Shown here one piece after another: positions 29,790 through 41,732 of a stretch of 64,000 bases of DNA. The DNA is taken from positions 672,001 through 736,000 of the forward strand of contig CAWCMR010000025.1 in NCBI GenBank assembly GCA_963796685.1, written 5' to 3'. The DNA is from an uncultured delta proteobacterium (GTDB taxonomy: Bacteria; Myxococcota_A; Polyangia; Fen-1088). Under the pieces are notes generated by a model. It worked only from the letters and a program-made list of their open reading frames with translations, was not told where the DNA came from and did no database searches. Made by a program: the position numbers and the translations under genes. The first letter of the stretch is position 1; every line of letters begins with the position of its first letter.

Positions 29790-32090
29790 GTGAAGAAAAT
29801 ATCGTTGGCATTTGCCTTACTGATTGGGGTTTCGGCCAATGGCTTGGCCTGGGCAGAGACCATCGAGATTCCCGAGGGCGGCGCGTCCGTGCCCCTGGGA
29901 AGAAATCGCGTGCTGTGCGGCACCCTACCGCAGGGATGGACGACCGACGGCGCCCGCAAGACCATTCGACCGCCCGCCAACGCCGGCGAGGCCGACCGCC
30001 GCGCCGACATTTCCGTGGCGGAAGACACTGGGGCCTGCGCGCACGCCGCGACCCCGCTCACGGTCATCGTGACCGCCGTCTGGCCCGAGATCGATCCCGC
30101 CAGCGTCACCTGGTACCCCGACGAAGGACGTATCGAATACAAGGGCCGTCGGCTCGACCAAAGCCAGGTCGCCTGGCAGTCGGACAAGCTCAGTGGACAG
30201 GAGAGCTGCCTCGCGCCCACGGTGGTCGGAAAGACCGAGTCGTGCACGGTCCCCATCCATCGCAACCTGCCCGCAGACACGGTCCTGCGCTTGTTGCCCG
30301 CAGGTGCGAGCGCGGACAGCGACGTCATCAGCTACGACGTGCACGGCCAGCGCGTGGACACAGCGGCCTCCATCCTGCATCCCGCAAGCATCGTGCTCGG
30401 ACAGGTCTTCCCCGCGACGGACACCTTGGACGTGTCGCAAGGAACGGGAACCATACCCATCCCGCATCCAGGCAGTCTCTCGAGCGTCGATTGCGGCCTC
30501 GCCCGCTGCGAGCTCGGAGATGCGGAGATCGTCGTGCGTAGCGTCCCCTCGTTTGCCAAACAGCTCACCATCACCGCCCATCTCGCGCCTCGCTTCAGCT
30601 TCGTGCACGGCGGGAAGATCGAAAGCGGCGCCAGCGCCAGCTTCGCTCTTCTGCGTTGCCCGCTGTCGGTGGTATCGGGACCCCCGGTGCGCGAGAGCGA
30701 CGAATCCCAGATCCTGGTGAAGATGGATTTGCGCTGCCGGGGCACAACCAAGGTGCGCTGGTTGGTCGGGCTCGAGCCCGCCGAGGTGGTGCGCGAGGTC
30801 CTCAAGGACGACGGAAATTACGTCCTCCTGCGCACCGGCGAGCTCCCGGGCGGAAATATCCCCATCACCGTTTCACGCGCGGATTCCCTGGGATCGGTCC
30901 TCGGCACCGTGATCACGCCCACCGCCGCCCCGGTCCGTCCCCAGTCCACGCTGGAGCTTCCCGGCCACGGCGCGATCAACTTCATCCCCACCAACCGCGA
31001 GGCCATCTGGTCCGTGGCCGGGGTTCCCCACGCGCGCCTCGTGCCGCTCGACCTGCCCGGCGCCTACACCGTACGGACCGAGAACGGAACCACCTTCGTG
31101 AAGGGAGACAAGAATGGCGGCGGGTTCGTCAGCCTTCGCTACGGCTACCGCCGAATCGACATGCCCAAGGAGTTTGCCAATGTGAACTTGGCGATCATCA
31201 CCGAATCGGTACAGCGACCCCTGCGCGAAGCCAGCGTTCCGGTGCCCTTCACGGCGACCGCCGAGCACAAACAACCACTTGCGGAATTCATCTGCGCGAA
31301 CGCCGCCGGTGTGCCCCACGCCATTCCCCCGGGCCATCCCGTGCGCATCCCGTTCTCGGCCCGCGCCACCTGTCACGTCGTCATCGAGCAACAGCACCTG
31401 AGCCCCGAAGACGGACAGCAAGAGATCGTCCTCGAAGTCGAGGTGACCAAGGCGGACGGGTCCAAGCGAAGCGATGCCAGCATCAACGAACGCATGATTC
31501 TGCACCCAGGGGGGGAGGCGCGCAGCTTCTATCTTAAAGATGTCACGGGGCAGTTCGACCAGATCACGGTTCGCATCTCCCATGTGGCGGACGAGGCCCG
31601 GTATGTTCTGAGCGCCTTGTCGAAACAAGGACCGCCCTCCGTGCAATGGTCGGCCATCCTGGAAGGTGGCTGGGTGCGCCTCTCGGTCAGCCTGACCATC
31701 CCGGCCGGCCTGTATCGCATGAACGACCCCGTGGCATCCATGACCTTGAACTTCGGCGTGCTCGGCCGACTCACCTGGCTCGATCGCCAGGGCAAGGAGG
31801 GTCTGTTCGGACTCGAGCTCGGTGTCCTGGGCGCGAGCCTCATCCCGCAGCAGGACAACGGCAACGCGGCCTTTCCACGCACCCTGGAAACCCTGGCGGG
31901 CGTTGGCCTGCGCGTGGACATCGGCCAAGGCGCGGCCGTGGGCGTGCACCTGTGGGGAGCCTATGAATTCCGGAACGAATACGCGTACGCTCCGGATCCG
32001 AATTCACCCACCGTTTTCCGCAACGCAACCCACTGGTCCCTCATTTTCGGCCCCAGCCTTTCCATCGGCAACGTGGGCACGAACCTTTGA
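29790..32090 (+). CDS. Large hypothetical exported protein
   Basis: GTG start with signal peptide KKISLAFALLIG...AWA; beta-rich; the upstream part of the 1526 aa ORF is a shadow of cheA. Confidence 0.75.
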   Translation: MKKISLAFALLIGVSANGLAWAETIEIPEGGASVPLGRNRVLCGTLPQGWTTDGARKTIRPPANAGEADRRADISVAEDTGACAHAATPLTVIVTAVWPEIDPASVTWYPDEGRIEYKGRRLDQSQVAWQSDKLSGQESCLAPTVVGKTESCTVPIHRNLPADTVLRLLPAGASADSDVISYDVHGQRVDTAASILHPASIVLGQVFPATDTLDVSQGTGTIPIPHPGSLSSVDCGLARCELGDAEIVVRSVPSFAKQLTITAHLAPRFSFVHGGKIESGASASFALLRCPLSVVSGPPVRESDESQILVKMDLRCRGTTKVRWLVGLEPAEVVREVLKDDGNYVLLRTGELPGGNIPITVSRADSLGSVLGTVITPTAAPVRPQSTLELPGHGAINFIPTNREAIWSVAGVPHARLVPLDLPGAYTVRTENGTTFVKGDKNGGGFVSLRYGYRRIDMPKEFANVNLAIITESVQRPLREASVPVPFTATAEHKQPLAEFICANAAGVPHAIPPGHPVRIPFSARATCHVVIEQQHLSPEDGQQEIVLEVEVTKADGSKRSDASINERMILHPGGEARSFYLKDVTGQFDQITVRISHVADEARYVLSALSKQGPPSVQWSAILEGGWVRLSVSLTIPAGLYRMNDPVASMTLNFGVLGRLTWLDRQGKEGLFGLELGVLGASLIPQQDNGNAAFPRTLETLAGVGLRVDIGQGAAVGVHLWGAYEFRNEYAYAPDPNSPTVFRNATHWSLIFGPSLSIGNVGTNL

Positions 32091-32158
32091 GCCGTCTACG
32101 TCCACGGCCACCCGTCATCGCTTGCGCGGGCTAGCGAACTGGCCGATGATCCTCGGCC

Positions 32159-34093
32159 ATGAGAAGTCGCGCCTTGCTCGCCCTCTGCCTTGCCCCGCTT
32201 TTTGCCTCGTCCTGTGCCACCTCGCCGCCGGTCGAGGTCGATTCCCTGGCGCTCAAGCGCGTGGTGATCTACCGCAACGGCGTGGCCTATTTCGAACGCG
32301 AGGGTCGGGTCTCCGGCAGCAAGGTCAGCTTCCGTGTGCGTGGCGACGAGGTCGGCGACTTCTTGGCCAGCTTCGCGGTCATGGAAAAGGGCGGCAGCTC
32401 GGTGCGGGCCGCGTCCTTTCCATTGCACCGGGAGGACGATGCCGGGCCCGCGCCCGACGGCGAGACGAAGAGGAATGCCCTGCCCAAGGATCCCAAGCAG
32501 CGCCTCGAAAAGGTGGTCATGGAGCTCGACGGCGGCGAGCACGAGCTGACCGTGGGGTACATCGCCGAGGCACCCGTGTGGCGACCGTCGTACCGCCTGG
32601 TCTTGGAAAAAGAGAAAGTGCACCTGCAGGTGTGGGGCATCGTGCAGAACTTGTCGGGCGAGGATTGGAGACACACACGTCTGACCGTCATCGCGGACGC
32701 ACCGCTGGCCCTGCAGACGCAATTGGAGAAGCCCGTCATCCCCGCCCGGCCCGTTCTGGTGGAAGGCAACGAGGTGATGGCCGTGGTGCCGCAATCGGAA
32801 ACCAGCCTAGCCGAAGCGCCCCTACCGCCCCCACCGGCCGCGGCACCGCCCATGGAAATGGAGGAAGCCAGGCAGGCCCCCGAAGGGTTCGGGCGTTCCT
32901 CGCAATCGAAGGCCGGAGGTGGACTTGCGAATGCGCACAATGCCAAGAGGGAAAGCGCAAAAGCAGGCGTGAAGAAGTTTCTCGGTCCGCAGGGTAATGC
33001 CATGGCCAACCTGTTCGGCAACGACATGGCAGCGGCGCGCCCGGCCGCCACGCCCTCGCGCGCCCGAAACCTGGCCGCCCTCGCCGCCGTGGCGGTGACC
33101 GGAGGCGCGACCCGCTACGAGCTGCCCGAACCCGTGACCGTGCCGAACGGCAGCGCCACCATGCTCCTTCTGCTCGACAGGGAAGTGGCGGGCGAGTCCT
33201 CTTTTCTCTTCGCGCCCGACCCCGGCCTTCCCGAGTCGGCTGCGCACCCGTTCCGCGTGGCCCGCTTCACCAACCAGACCGGCGGCCTGCTCGAACGCGG
33301 GCCGCTGGCCTTTTTCGGCGAGGGCGGTTTTCTTGGCCAGGGCGTGATCGACGGCCTCCCCGCGGGCGCCAGCGCCACCGTGCCCTTCGCGCTCGAACAA
33401 AGCCTCGCGGTGGAGCGCAACACCGAGTACATCCAGGAAGGCTCGACCCTTTATCAGATCGAGATGGGCCAGCTCATCGTCAAGCGCCAGGTCGGGCCGC
33501 GCACCCGCTACACCATCAAGAGCGGGAGCTCCCGCGCCGCCAAGCTGTGGATCAAGCACCCGCGCCAGGCCGGCAGCAAGCTGCTCAATCCGCCCAAGGA
33601 TACCGAGGACAATCTCGGTACCGGCAGCGCGCTCGTGCCCGTTCAGGTCGCGCCGCAGGCCACCGCCACGCTCGTCCTCGACGAACGGCAAGGGCAGCAG
33701 ACGGCGGTGGATTGGCTGTCGCCCTTGGCCGAGGAAGCGGTCAAGGGCTACTTGAACGCCCCGGATTCGGACAAGGCCAGCGCCGCGGCCCTCAGGACCG
33801 CCTTCGGCCTGCGTAACGACTGGAAGAAGCTCAGCGACGAAACCAGCCGCCTGCGCACCGAGCAGGAGGACTTGGAGCGCTCCACCGAGGAGACCCGCGA
33901 CAACATCAAGGCCATCGAGAAGAACAAGGCCGCCGAGGATCTGCGCAAGACCCTGACCACCCGTCTGGCCAAGGCGTCGGCCCGCCTCGACGTGGTGGTG
34001 AAGCGGCTCATCGAGGTCGATCTGCAGGTCAAGGAAGTGGAGCTGCGCTTCCACGAGGCCATCAAGGACGTGCACATCCCCGCCCGCTCGTAA
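32159..34093 (+). CDS. DUF4139-like lipoprotein
   Basis: Lipobox ASSC; LKRVVIYRNGVAYFEREG; PVWRPSYRL; VQNLSGEDW; coiled-coil C-terminus. Confidence 0.8.
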   Translation: MRSRALLALCLAPLFASSCATSPPVEVDSLALKRVVIYRNGVAYFEREGRVSGSKVSFRVRGDEVGDFLASFAVMEKGGSSVRAASFPLHREDDAGPAPDGETKRNALPKDPKQRLEKVVMELDGGEHELTVGYIAEAPVWRPSYRLVLEKEKVHLQVWGIVQNLSGEDWRHTRLTVIADAPLALQTQLEKPVIPARPVLVEGNEVMAVVPQSETSLAEAPLPPPPAAAPPMEMEEARQAPEGFGRSSQSKAGGGLANAHNAKRESAKAGVKKFLGPQGNAMANLFGNDMAAARPAATPSRARNLAALAAVAVTGGATRYELPEPVTVPNGSATMLLLLDREVAGESSFLFAPDPGLPESAAHPFRVARFTNQTGGLLERGPLAFFGEGGFLGQGVIDGLPAGASATVPFALEQSLAVERNTEYIQEGSTLYQIEMGQLIVKRQVGPRTRYTIKSGSSRAAKLWIKHPRQAGSKLLNPPKDTEDNLGTGSALVPVQVAPQATATLVLDERQGQQTAVDWLSPLAEEAVKGYLNAPDSDKASAAALRTAFGLRNDWKKLSDETSRLRTEQEDLERSTEETRDNIKAIEKNKAAEDLRKTLTTRLAKASARLDVVVKRLIEVDLQVKEVELRFHEAIKDVHIPARS

Positions 34094-34143
34094 TTGCCCC
34101 CGCGTGCGGGAGCCTACCCGCCGCTGGCACCCGGGGACAGATG

Positions 34144-34297
34144 CTCACCCGCCTCGCTGCGCTCGGCGACCTCGCCCCGCTCCGCTCCGCTACGCGGGGC
34201 GAGGTGTTTCAGGTCAGGGTTCCCATCACCGCGTTGGCGGAGCCGGGCTTTGCCCGGCGGAGCCAGAGCGCGCGAGGCCGAGCGCAGCGAGCGGGGT
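34144..34297. repeat. REP-like palindromic intergenic element
   Basis: 12 bp stem acctcgccccgc/gcggggcgaggt (34169-34205) nested within ctcgctgcgctcggc...gccgagcgcagcgag; lies between convergent genes. Confidence 0.65.
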
Positions 34298-34410
34298 GGT
34301 GGGTGGCGGGTAGGGGCCGAGGGTTTGGCGAGGCCGCGCGAAGCGCGGGGGTGGCAGGGCGGGTTGGCAGGTGCCGAGTGCAGAGCTGAACCCTCCCAGG
34401 GTTCCCATCC

Positions 34411-35046
34411 TCAAGAAAATCGCGCCACGCTGGAAACGCGGTGGCCGCTTTGCCAGAGCGCCTCCACCATGGCGGGCACCTCTTGATCGATGCGAAGGAT
34501 GGCCACGTGGTGCCCATCGTGCTCGAAGGTGGTCACGTTGCGCACGCGCGCCTCGTGCTTGGCGGCGAGCGCGCTCACCAGCGCGAAGACATCCTCGCTC
34601 TCCGCGACGTCGAAGGTAATGCGCACGCCCGGCGTTCCCGCGCCCAGCGCCGCCAGCAGTGCGCGCGAGATGTCCGAGCCGGTCAGGATACCGGCGAGGC
34701 GCAGGTTCGCGACCACCGGCAGGGCGTTGATGCGACGGTCGATGAGCTGGTGCGCCGCCTCTTCCAAAGGCGAATCCGGCCTGGCCGTAACCACCTCGGT
34801 GGTCATGATGTCGCGAATCGGCCGCGCCAGCTCGGTGGCCACCCTTCCAATCAACGAGAACGGGTTCAGATCGGGCGGGCAGGCTCGCAGGAGGTCGCTC
34901 TTGGTCAGAAGCCCCACCAAGCAGTCGCCTTCCACCACCGGCACTTGGCGAATACGCCGCTTGCCCAGAATACGGGCCGCGGTCGAAATCATGTCGCCAG
35001 GCGCAACAGCCACGACGTCTCGGGTCATCCACTCCGCGACCAACAT
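34411..35046 (-). CDS. CBS-pair protein with ACT-like tail (AcuB-like)
   Basis: MTRDVV...IRQVPVV...LVGLLT; IMTTEVVT...INALPVV...GILT. Confidence 0.85.
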   Translation of the reverse strand: MLVAEWMTRDVVAVAPGDMISTAARILGKRRIRQVPVVEGDCLVGLLTKSDLLRACPPDLNPFSLIGRVATELARPIRDIMTTEVVTARPDSPLEEAAHQLIDRRINALPVVANLRLAGILTGSDISRALLAALGAGTPGVRITFDVAESEDVFALVSALAAKHEARVRNVTTFEHDGHHVAILRIDQEVPAMVEALWQSGHRVSSVARFS

Positions 35047-35298
35047 GTGCCCAGCATGGGCCGAACCCTCGGGGTCTTACAAGGGGCGTGTTGCCGTTTC
35101 GGTCCGGAATTGCCAGAAATTACAGGCTTGAGCAGCTTGCGCGGCGGCCGAGATGGACGGCCAGAGGATGCGCAGAAACCGCATCGCTTTGCCCCGCGTG
35201 TACGCCTGTGACGGACATGGCCGGATAGGCGTCATTCCTCGCCACAGGCATGCTTTTCTCGGCCGAGCAGGCATAGGGGTTATATGCTTGGGGCACCC

Positions 35299-38200
35299 AT
35301 GAAGCGTAATGGCTGGAAATACGTGCGCGTCGTGTTGGTCGCGGTGGGCTTTGTCGGCGCGCTGATAAGTTGCAACTCGCACGTCTTGCTCGAGTCGGGC
35401 AAGCCCACCGTGGTGATCATCAATCCGCCGCCCGTCAAAGGTCCGCCCCCGCCGCCGGACGCGGGTTTGACGAACACCAATCCTTTCGGGAATCCTGTCA
35501 ACCTTACCCCCCTTCCCGACGCCGCGCCTTCGGACGATCCGCCACCCGTTCAGCCCCCCCAAGGCGACGCAGCGGTCGCGCCTCCCGACGCGGCCAAGAC
35601 TCCGGATGCGGCACCAGACTCGGCGCCCGATCTGCCACCGCCCACGGAAAACCTCAAATGCCCTGCCGGGGAGGTTCGCGTTCACGTGCGCGACGTGTGG
35701 TCGACCGCGGTCGATCCGCCGAGCATGAAGACCCTGACCGCCCCCCCTTCGGGGGTGCAGATTATCGACCCCGTCAACAACTACATCACCTACGGCGCCC
35801 GCATCGACGGGGCGAATTGCACTTACTATTCGGTTTGCTTGCCGACCACCGTCACCAAGATCCAAATCAAGCCCATCGGCGCGGATTCGTGTGCCACAGG
35901 CAGTCAGTCGGGCAATTTCGACATCTCGTCGTACACCAAGAACAGCGATGTCTGGATCGAGTACACCGGGACCGACAGCACCATCCAGGCCGACTACACT
36001 GCCTATCCGACCGCCGCGGTCGGCACGAACAAGTTCCATATCACCTCCGACAGCGCCACCCTGACCTACCCGGCCTGCAAGATCGGGACTCCGCCCGACG
36101 AGACCACGCCGGCCGGCTATACCAAGATTCATTTCCGCTGGCCGTGGAACGATCCCACGAATCCGGCGACGCCCTATCCCGGCTCGGGCTGCCCGCTCGA
36201 TTTCGCCGCCACGCTCGGCTTCTCGGTTCCGCCCTATCCGTCGAGCCTCAAGGTCACCGGCCTGAGCTGCGACATGGTGGCGGTCCTGGAGTTCCAGGAC
36301 GGCTCTTGCCCCTGGTACTACGTGCTCGTCCCCAACAGTGCCTGGCCTACCAGTGGCACCACTTCGAAGATCGTGTTCCGGTACCCGGACGACTCCAAGA
36401 ACCTCTACACGAACGGCATCCAGCTTCCGGCGCGAACCGCCAACGAGTACTGGATCGCCTACGCTGGTGCCCCCGACAACACCATCGCGTCCACCACGAA
36501 GTGCCAGGACTGGTCGTTGCAGACCAATTCCTACTTCATCTACACCTCGAATCCTGGGCCCGGCTACGCCAGTTGTGGTGGCAGCGTGACCCCGCCCGAC
36601 CCGTGCAGCCCGCTGCAACCGAGCGGCTACCATACGGTCCACTTCCGCTACCTGTGGGCCGGCCAGAAGACCTTCACCTTCTTCCCCAAGCCGGAGTTCA
36701 TGCCCAAGTGGATCGAGCTCGAGGTGAACGGCACCGGCAGCGCCCTCAAGGTGATCTGCCAGCGCGAGCAGGATCGGCCGTGGTTCGAATGTCCAGTCCC
36801 CGACTCCTCGTTCGGGCCGAACACCACCTGGCGCGCGGTGGACAAGCTGCACAGCCCGGAGTGGAACACGGTCCAACCGTGGCCGCTGCCCGCGACGCCC
36901 AAGGAATACTGGATCCGCTGGTACTACGGCAAGCCCGACATCCCACGCTCGGTGGACCCGCCTAACTTCAAGGTCTACGACTACTACCCCGATGGCAGCA
37001 ACGGCGACTGGTCGGCCACCGGGGTGTGGAACGACGGCATGTGCGCGCCCAAGCCACCCGCCACGCCGGTGACGGTAGGCTTCGGCAACGGGGCCTGGTT
37101 CCCGTACAAGAAGACCCACTACCTTTATCCCTACGGCGGATCGCTGGCCTATGTGTATCCCGACTCGTCCACGGTTCAGGATCTGTTCGACGCCTTCGTG
37201 TGGGAGCGCTACCAGCTCTGGAAACAGAACTGGGTCAAGTACGACGCCGACGCCTGCGGCACAGGAACCGCCATGGTCTGGAGCGACAATCCCAAGGGAA
37301 CGGTCAGCGAAGGCCTGGGCTATGGCATGGCCATCACCACCGCCATCGGCGACGAGGATCTGGCTGGCAAGCTTTGGCTGTTCATTCGTCACTACCTGTC
37401 CCAGAGCGCGAAGAAGTACTGCGGCGGTCTCATGGGCTGGATGTGGTCATCCCCCAGCGATTGTCGTCCCCTCGACAAGCCGTGCGACATCAGCACCGAG
37501 ACCTGCTCCGGAAACGGCGACAGCGCTTTCGATGGCGATGTGGATATCGCCATCGGGCTCGTCTACGCGGCCCTGCAGTGGCCGAACGACAACCCGCCGC
37601 AGTCCACCAGCACCTGGCAGCAAGCCGCCATCGATTGGCTGACCAAGATGGAGTGCGAGATCGATACCAACTACGACAGCCAATGGAACTACCCGTCGAC
37701 CGGCGACACCGATACCAAGAACTGCCAAGACTACCCCAACAAACCCTGTTCCTACCCCGTGGGATCCCCCAACACGGTTCGCTTGGATTACTATCCGCCG
37801 GGATATTTCAGGGTGTTCGGCGACTTCCTGGCCGCAAAGCTGGGCAGCGATCAAAAGGCGGCCAATGGCCAGACCCACCACGACTTCTGGTACAAGACGG
37901 CCGAGACGGTCTACGAGATGGAGGAAAAGTGCTACGACTCCGCGGTTCCACCGGCGCTGGTGGGCGCCAGGGGAATGGCCGACAAGCCGTGCGCGTCCCC
38001 AACCGAGGGCACGTACGAGGAGTTGCGCGGACTTTGGCGCGTGGGCATCGACGGCGCGTGGTTCGGCAACAATACCTCCCTGCCCGAAAACGTGACCAAT
38101 TCGTCGACCCACTATGGGCAGAAGTCGCGCATGCAAGCCAAGATCGACAACCAGCAGGACTTCTTCACCAACTTCTACAAGAAGAACCCGGTCGAGACCA

Positions 38201-38493
38201 ACACCAACCGCTTCTCCTCGCTTTGCGACCGACTCGACGGCACGGGGACGATCACCAACTGCGACTCGGCCTACGGGCACAATGCCTACACCGTCAACAT
38301 GGCCATGAGCAGCTACGTCAGCATGTTCGACGATGGTGGGGTCACGACCAATGACATCCGGCGTGAGGCGATCGAAGAGGCAATCTCCGCAACGGTCCAA
38401 GACGACCACTACTTCCAAGAATCGCTCGGTGTGTACTCGATCTTGTTCCTGACCGGCAACTTCCCCAACCCGATGGTGGTGCCGTCGAACTGA
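35299..38493 (+). CDS. Lipoprotein with repeated N-terminal modules and C-terminal GH8 domain
   Basis: Lipobox LISC; TVSEGLGYGM and SAFDGDVDIA match GH8 catalytic motifs; YYPPGYFRVF. Confidence 0.82.
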   Translation: MKRNGWKYVRVVLVAVGFVGALISCNSHVLLESGKPTVVIINPPPVKGPPPPPDAGLTNTNPFGNPVNLTPLPDAAPSDDPPPVQPPQGDAAVAPPDAAKTPDAAPDSAPDLPPPTENLKCPAGEVRVHVRDVWSTAVDPPSMKTLTAPPSGVQIIDPVNNYITYGARIDGANCTYYSVCLPTTVTKIQIKPIGADSCATGSQSGNFDISSYTKNSDVWIEYTGTDSTIQADYTAYPTAAVGTNKFHITSDSATLTYPACKIGTPPDETTPAGYTKIHFRWPWNDPTNPATPYPGSGCPLDFAATLGFSVPPYPSSLKVTGLSCDMVAVLEFQDGSCPWYYVLVPNSAWPTSGTTSKIVFRYPDDSKNLYTNGIQLPARTANEYWIAYAGAPDNTIASTTKCQDWSLQTNSYFIYTSNPGPGYASCGGSVTPPDPCSPLQPSGYHTVHFRYLWAGQKTFTFFPKPEFMPKWIELEVNGTGSALKVICQREQDRPWFECPVPDSSFGPNTTWRAVDKLHSPEWNTVQPWPLPATPKEYWIRWYYGKPDIPRSVDPPNFKVYDYYPDGSNGDWSATGVWNDGMCAPKPPATPVTVGFGNGAWFPYKKTHYLYPYGGSLAYVYPDSSTVQDLFDAFVWERYQLWKQNWVKYDADACGTGTAMVWSDNPKGTVSEGLGYGMAITTAIGDEDLAGKLWLFIRHYLSQSAKKYCGGLMGWMWSSPSDCRPLDKPCDISTETCSGNGDSAFDGDVDIAIGLVYAALQWPNDNPPQSTSTWQQAAIDWLTKMECEIDTNYDSQWNYPSTGDTDTKNCQDYPNKPCSYPVGSPNTVRLDYYPPGYFRVFGDFLAAKLGSDQKAANGQTHHDFWYKTAETVYEMEEKCYDSAVPPALVGARGMADKPCASPTEGTYEELRGLWRVGIDGAWFGNNTSLPENVTNSSTHYGQKSRMQAKIDNQQDFFTNFYKKNPVETNTNRFSSLCDRLDGTGTITNCDSAYGHNAYTVNMAMSSYVSMFDDGGVTTNDIRREAIEEAISATVQDDHYFQESLGVYSILFLTGNFPNPMVVPSN

Positions 38494-38542
38494 GTGTCTT
38501 CAGGACAGGTGCAGCTTTGTCCGGTACAATGCCCTGCGCACC

Positions 38543-41050
<2,508 letters not shown>

Positions 41051-41108
41051 CGCATCCGTCGCTGCCCTGTAACGAGCCGCACAGGGGTCGGGCGTCCCTG
41101 CGCACCGG

Positions 41109-41732
41109 ATGTGGTATTCAGGAATCGAGTTGAAAGCTACGCACCCCCACGAGCACCGCCCGCGACGGTTCAAGATCTGGATGCCGGCCCTGGCCCTGCT
41201 TGGAGGCCTGTGGCTGTGGGGGTTGGTGTCGTTTGTCGCCGCCGACGGCCACTTCGAGCTCACGCTTCCCAGGTTACGCAATCCGCCCGCCGGCCTGCAC
41301 AACCTGTCGCTGTGGGATCTCGGCCCCACCATCCGCGCCAGCTCGTTCTACGGCGACTGGGGCTCGCACCACCATCCGGCCTTCCTGGTAGACGGTAGGG
41401 TCCATCCCGACATGGTCGAGAAGTGGGCGTCGGCCGAACGCGATCGACATCCTTGGGTGGAGATCACCTGGCGCGAAAAGCACGACCTCGAACGGGTGGT
41501 CATTCGTCACGCCGGCAGCGTCGAATCGTCGGACCTTACGGCCCATCGCTACACCCTCCGCTGCCTGGGCGGCAGCGAGCCAGCGCCCACGCTGGAAGTG
41601 ACGTCGAATCAGGATTCGGTGGCCACGCACCCGCTCGCCTGCTCACAGGTGCAGGGTATTCGCATCGACTTCGTCCCCAACGACAGCAAGGGCATCGTTC
41701 GCATCTACGAAGTGGAGACGTGGGGAAAGTGA
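41109..41732 (+). CDS. Membrane-anchored protein with discoidin-like domain
   Basis: TM helix then IRASS...LVDG...KWAS...PWVEI...RIYEVE; start uncertain. Confidence 0.65.
   Translation: MWYSGIELKATHPHEHRPRRFKIWMPALALLGGLWLWGLVSFVAADGHFELTLPRLRNPPAGLHNLSLWDLGPTIRASSFYGDWGSHHHPAFLVDGRVHPDMVEKWASAERDRHPWVEITWREKHDLERVVIRHAGSVESSDLTAHRYTLRCLGGSEPAPTLEVTSNQDSVATHPLACSQVQGIRIDFVPNDSKGIVRIYEVETWGK

Noticed and set aside
35077-37392. Long antisense ORFs here and opposite pilB, cheA, glgP and ilvD
   Set aside because: Expected in high-GC coding DNA; no recognisable motifs.
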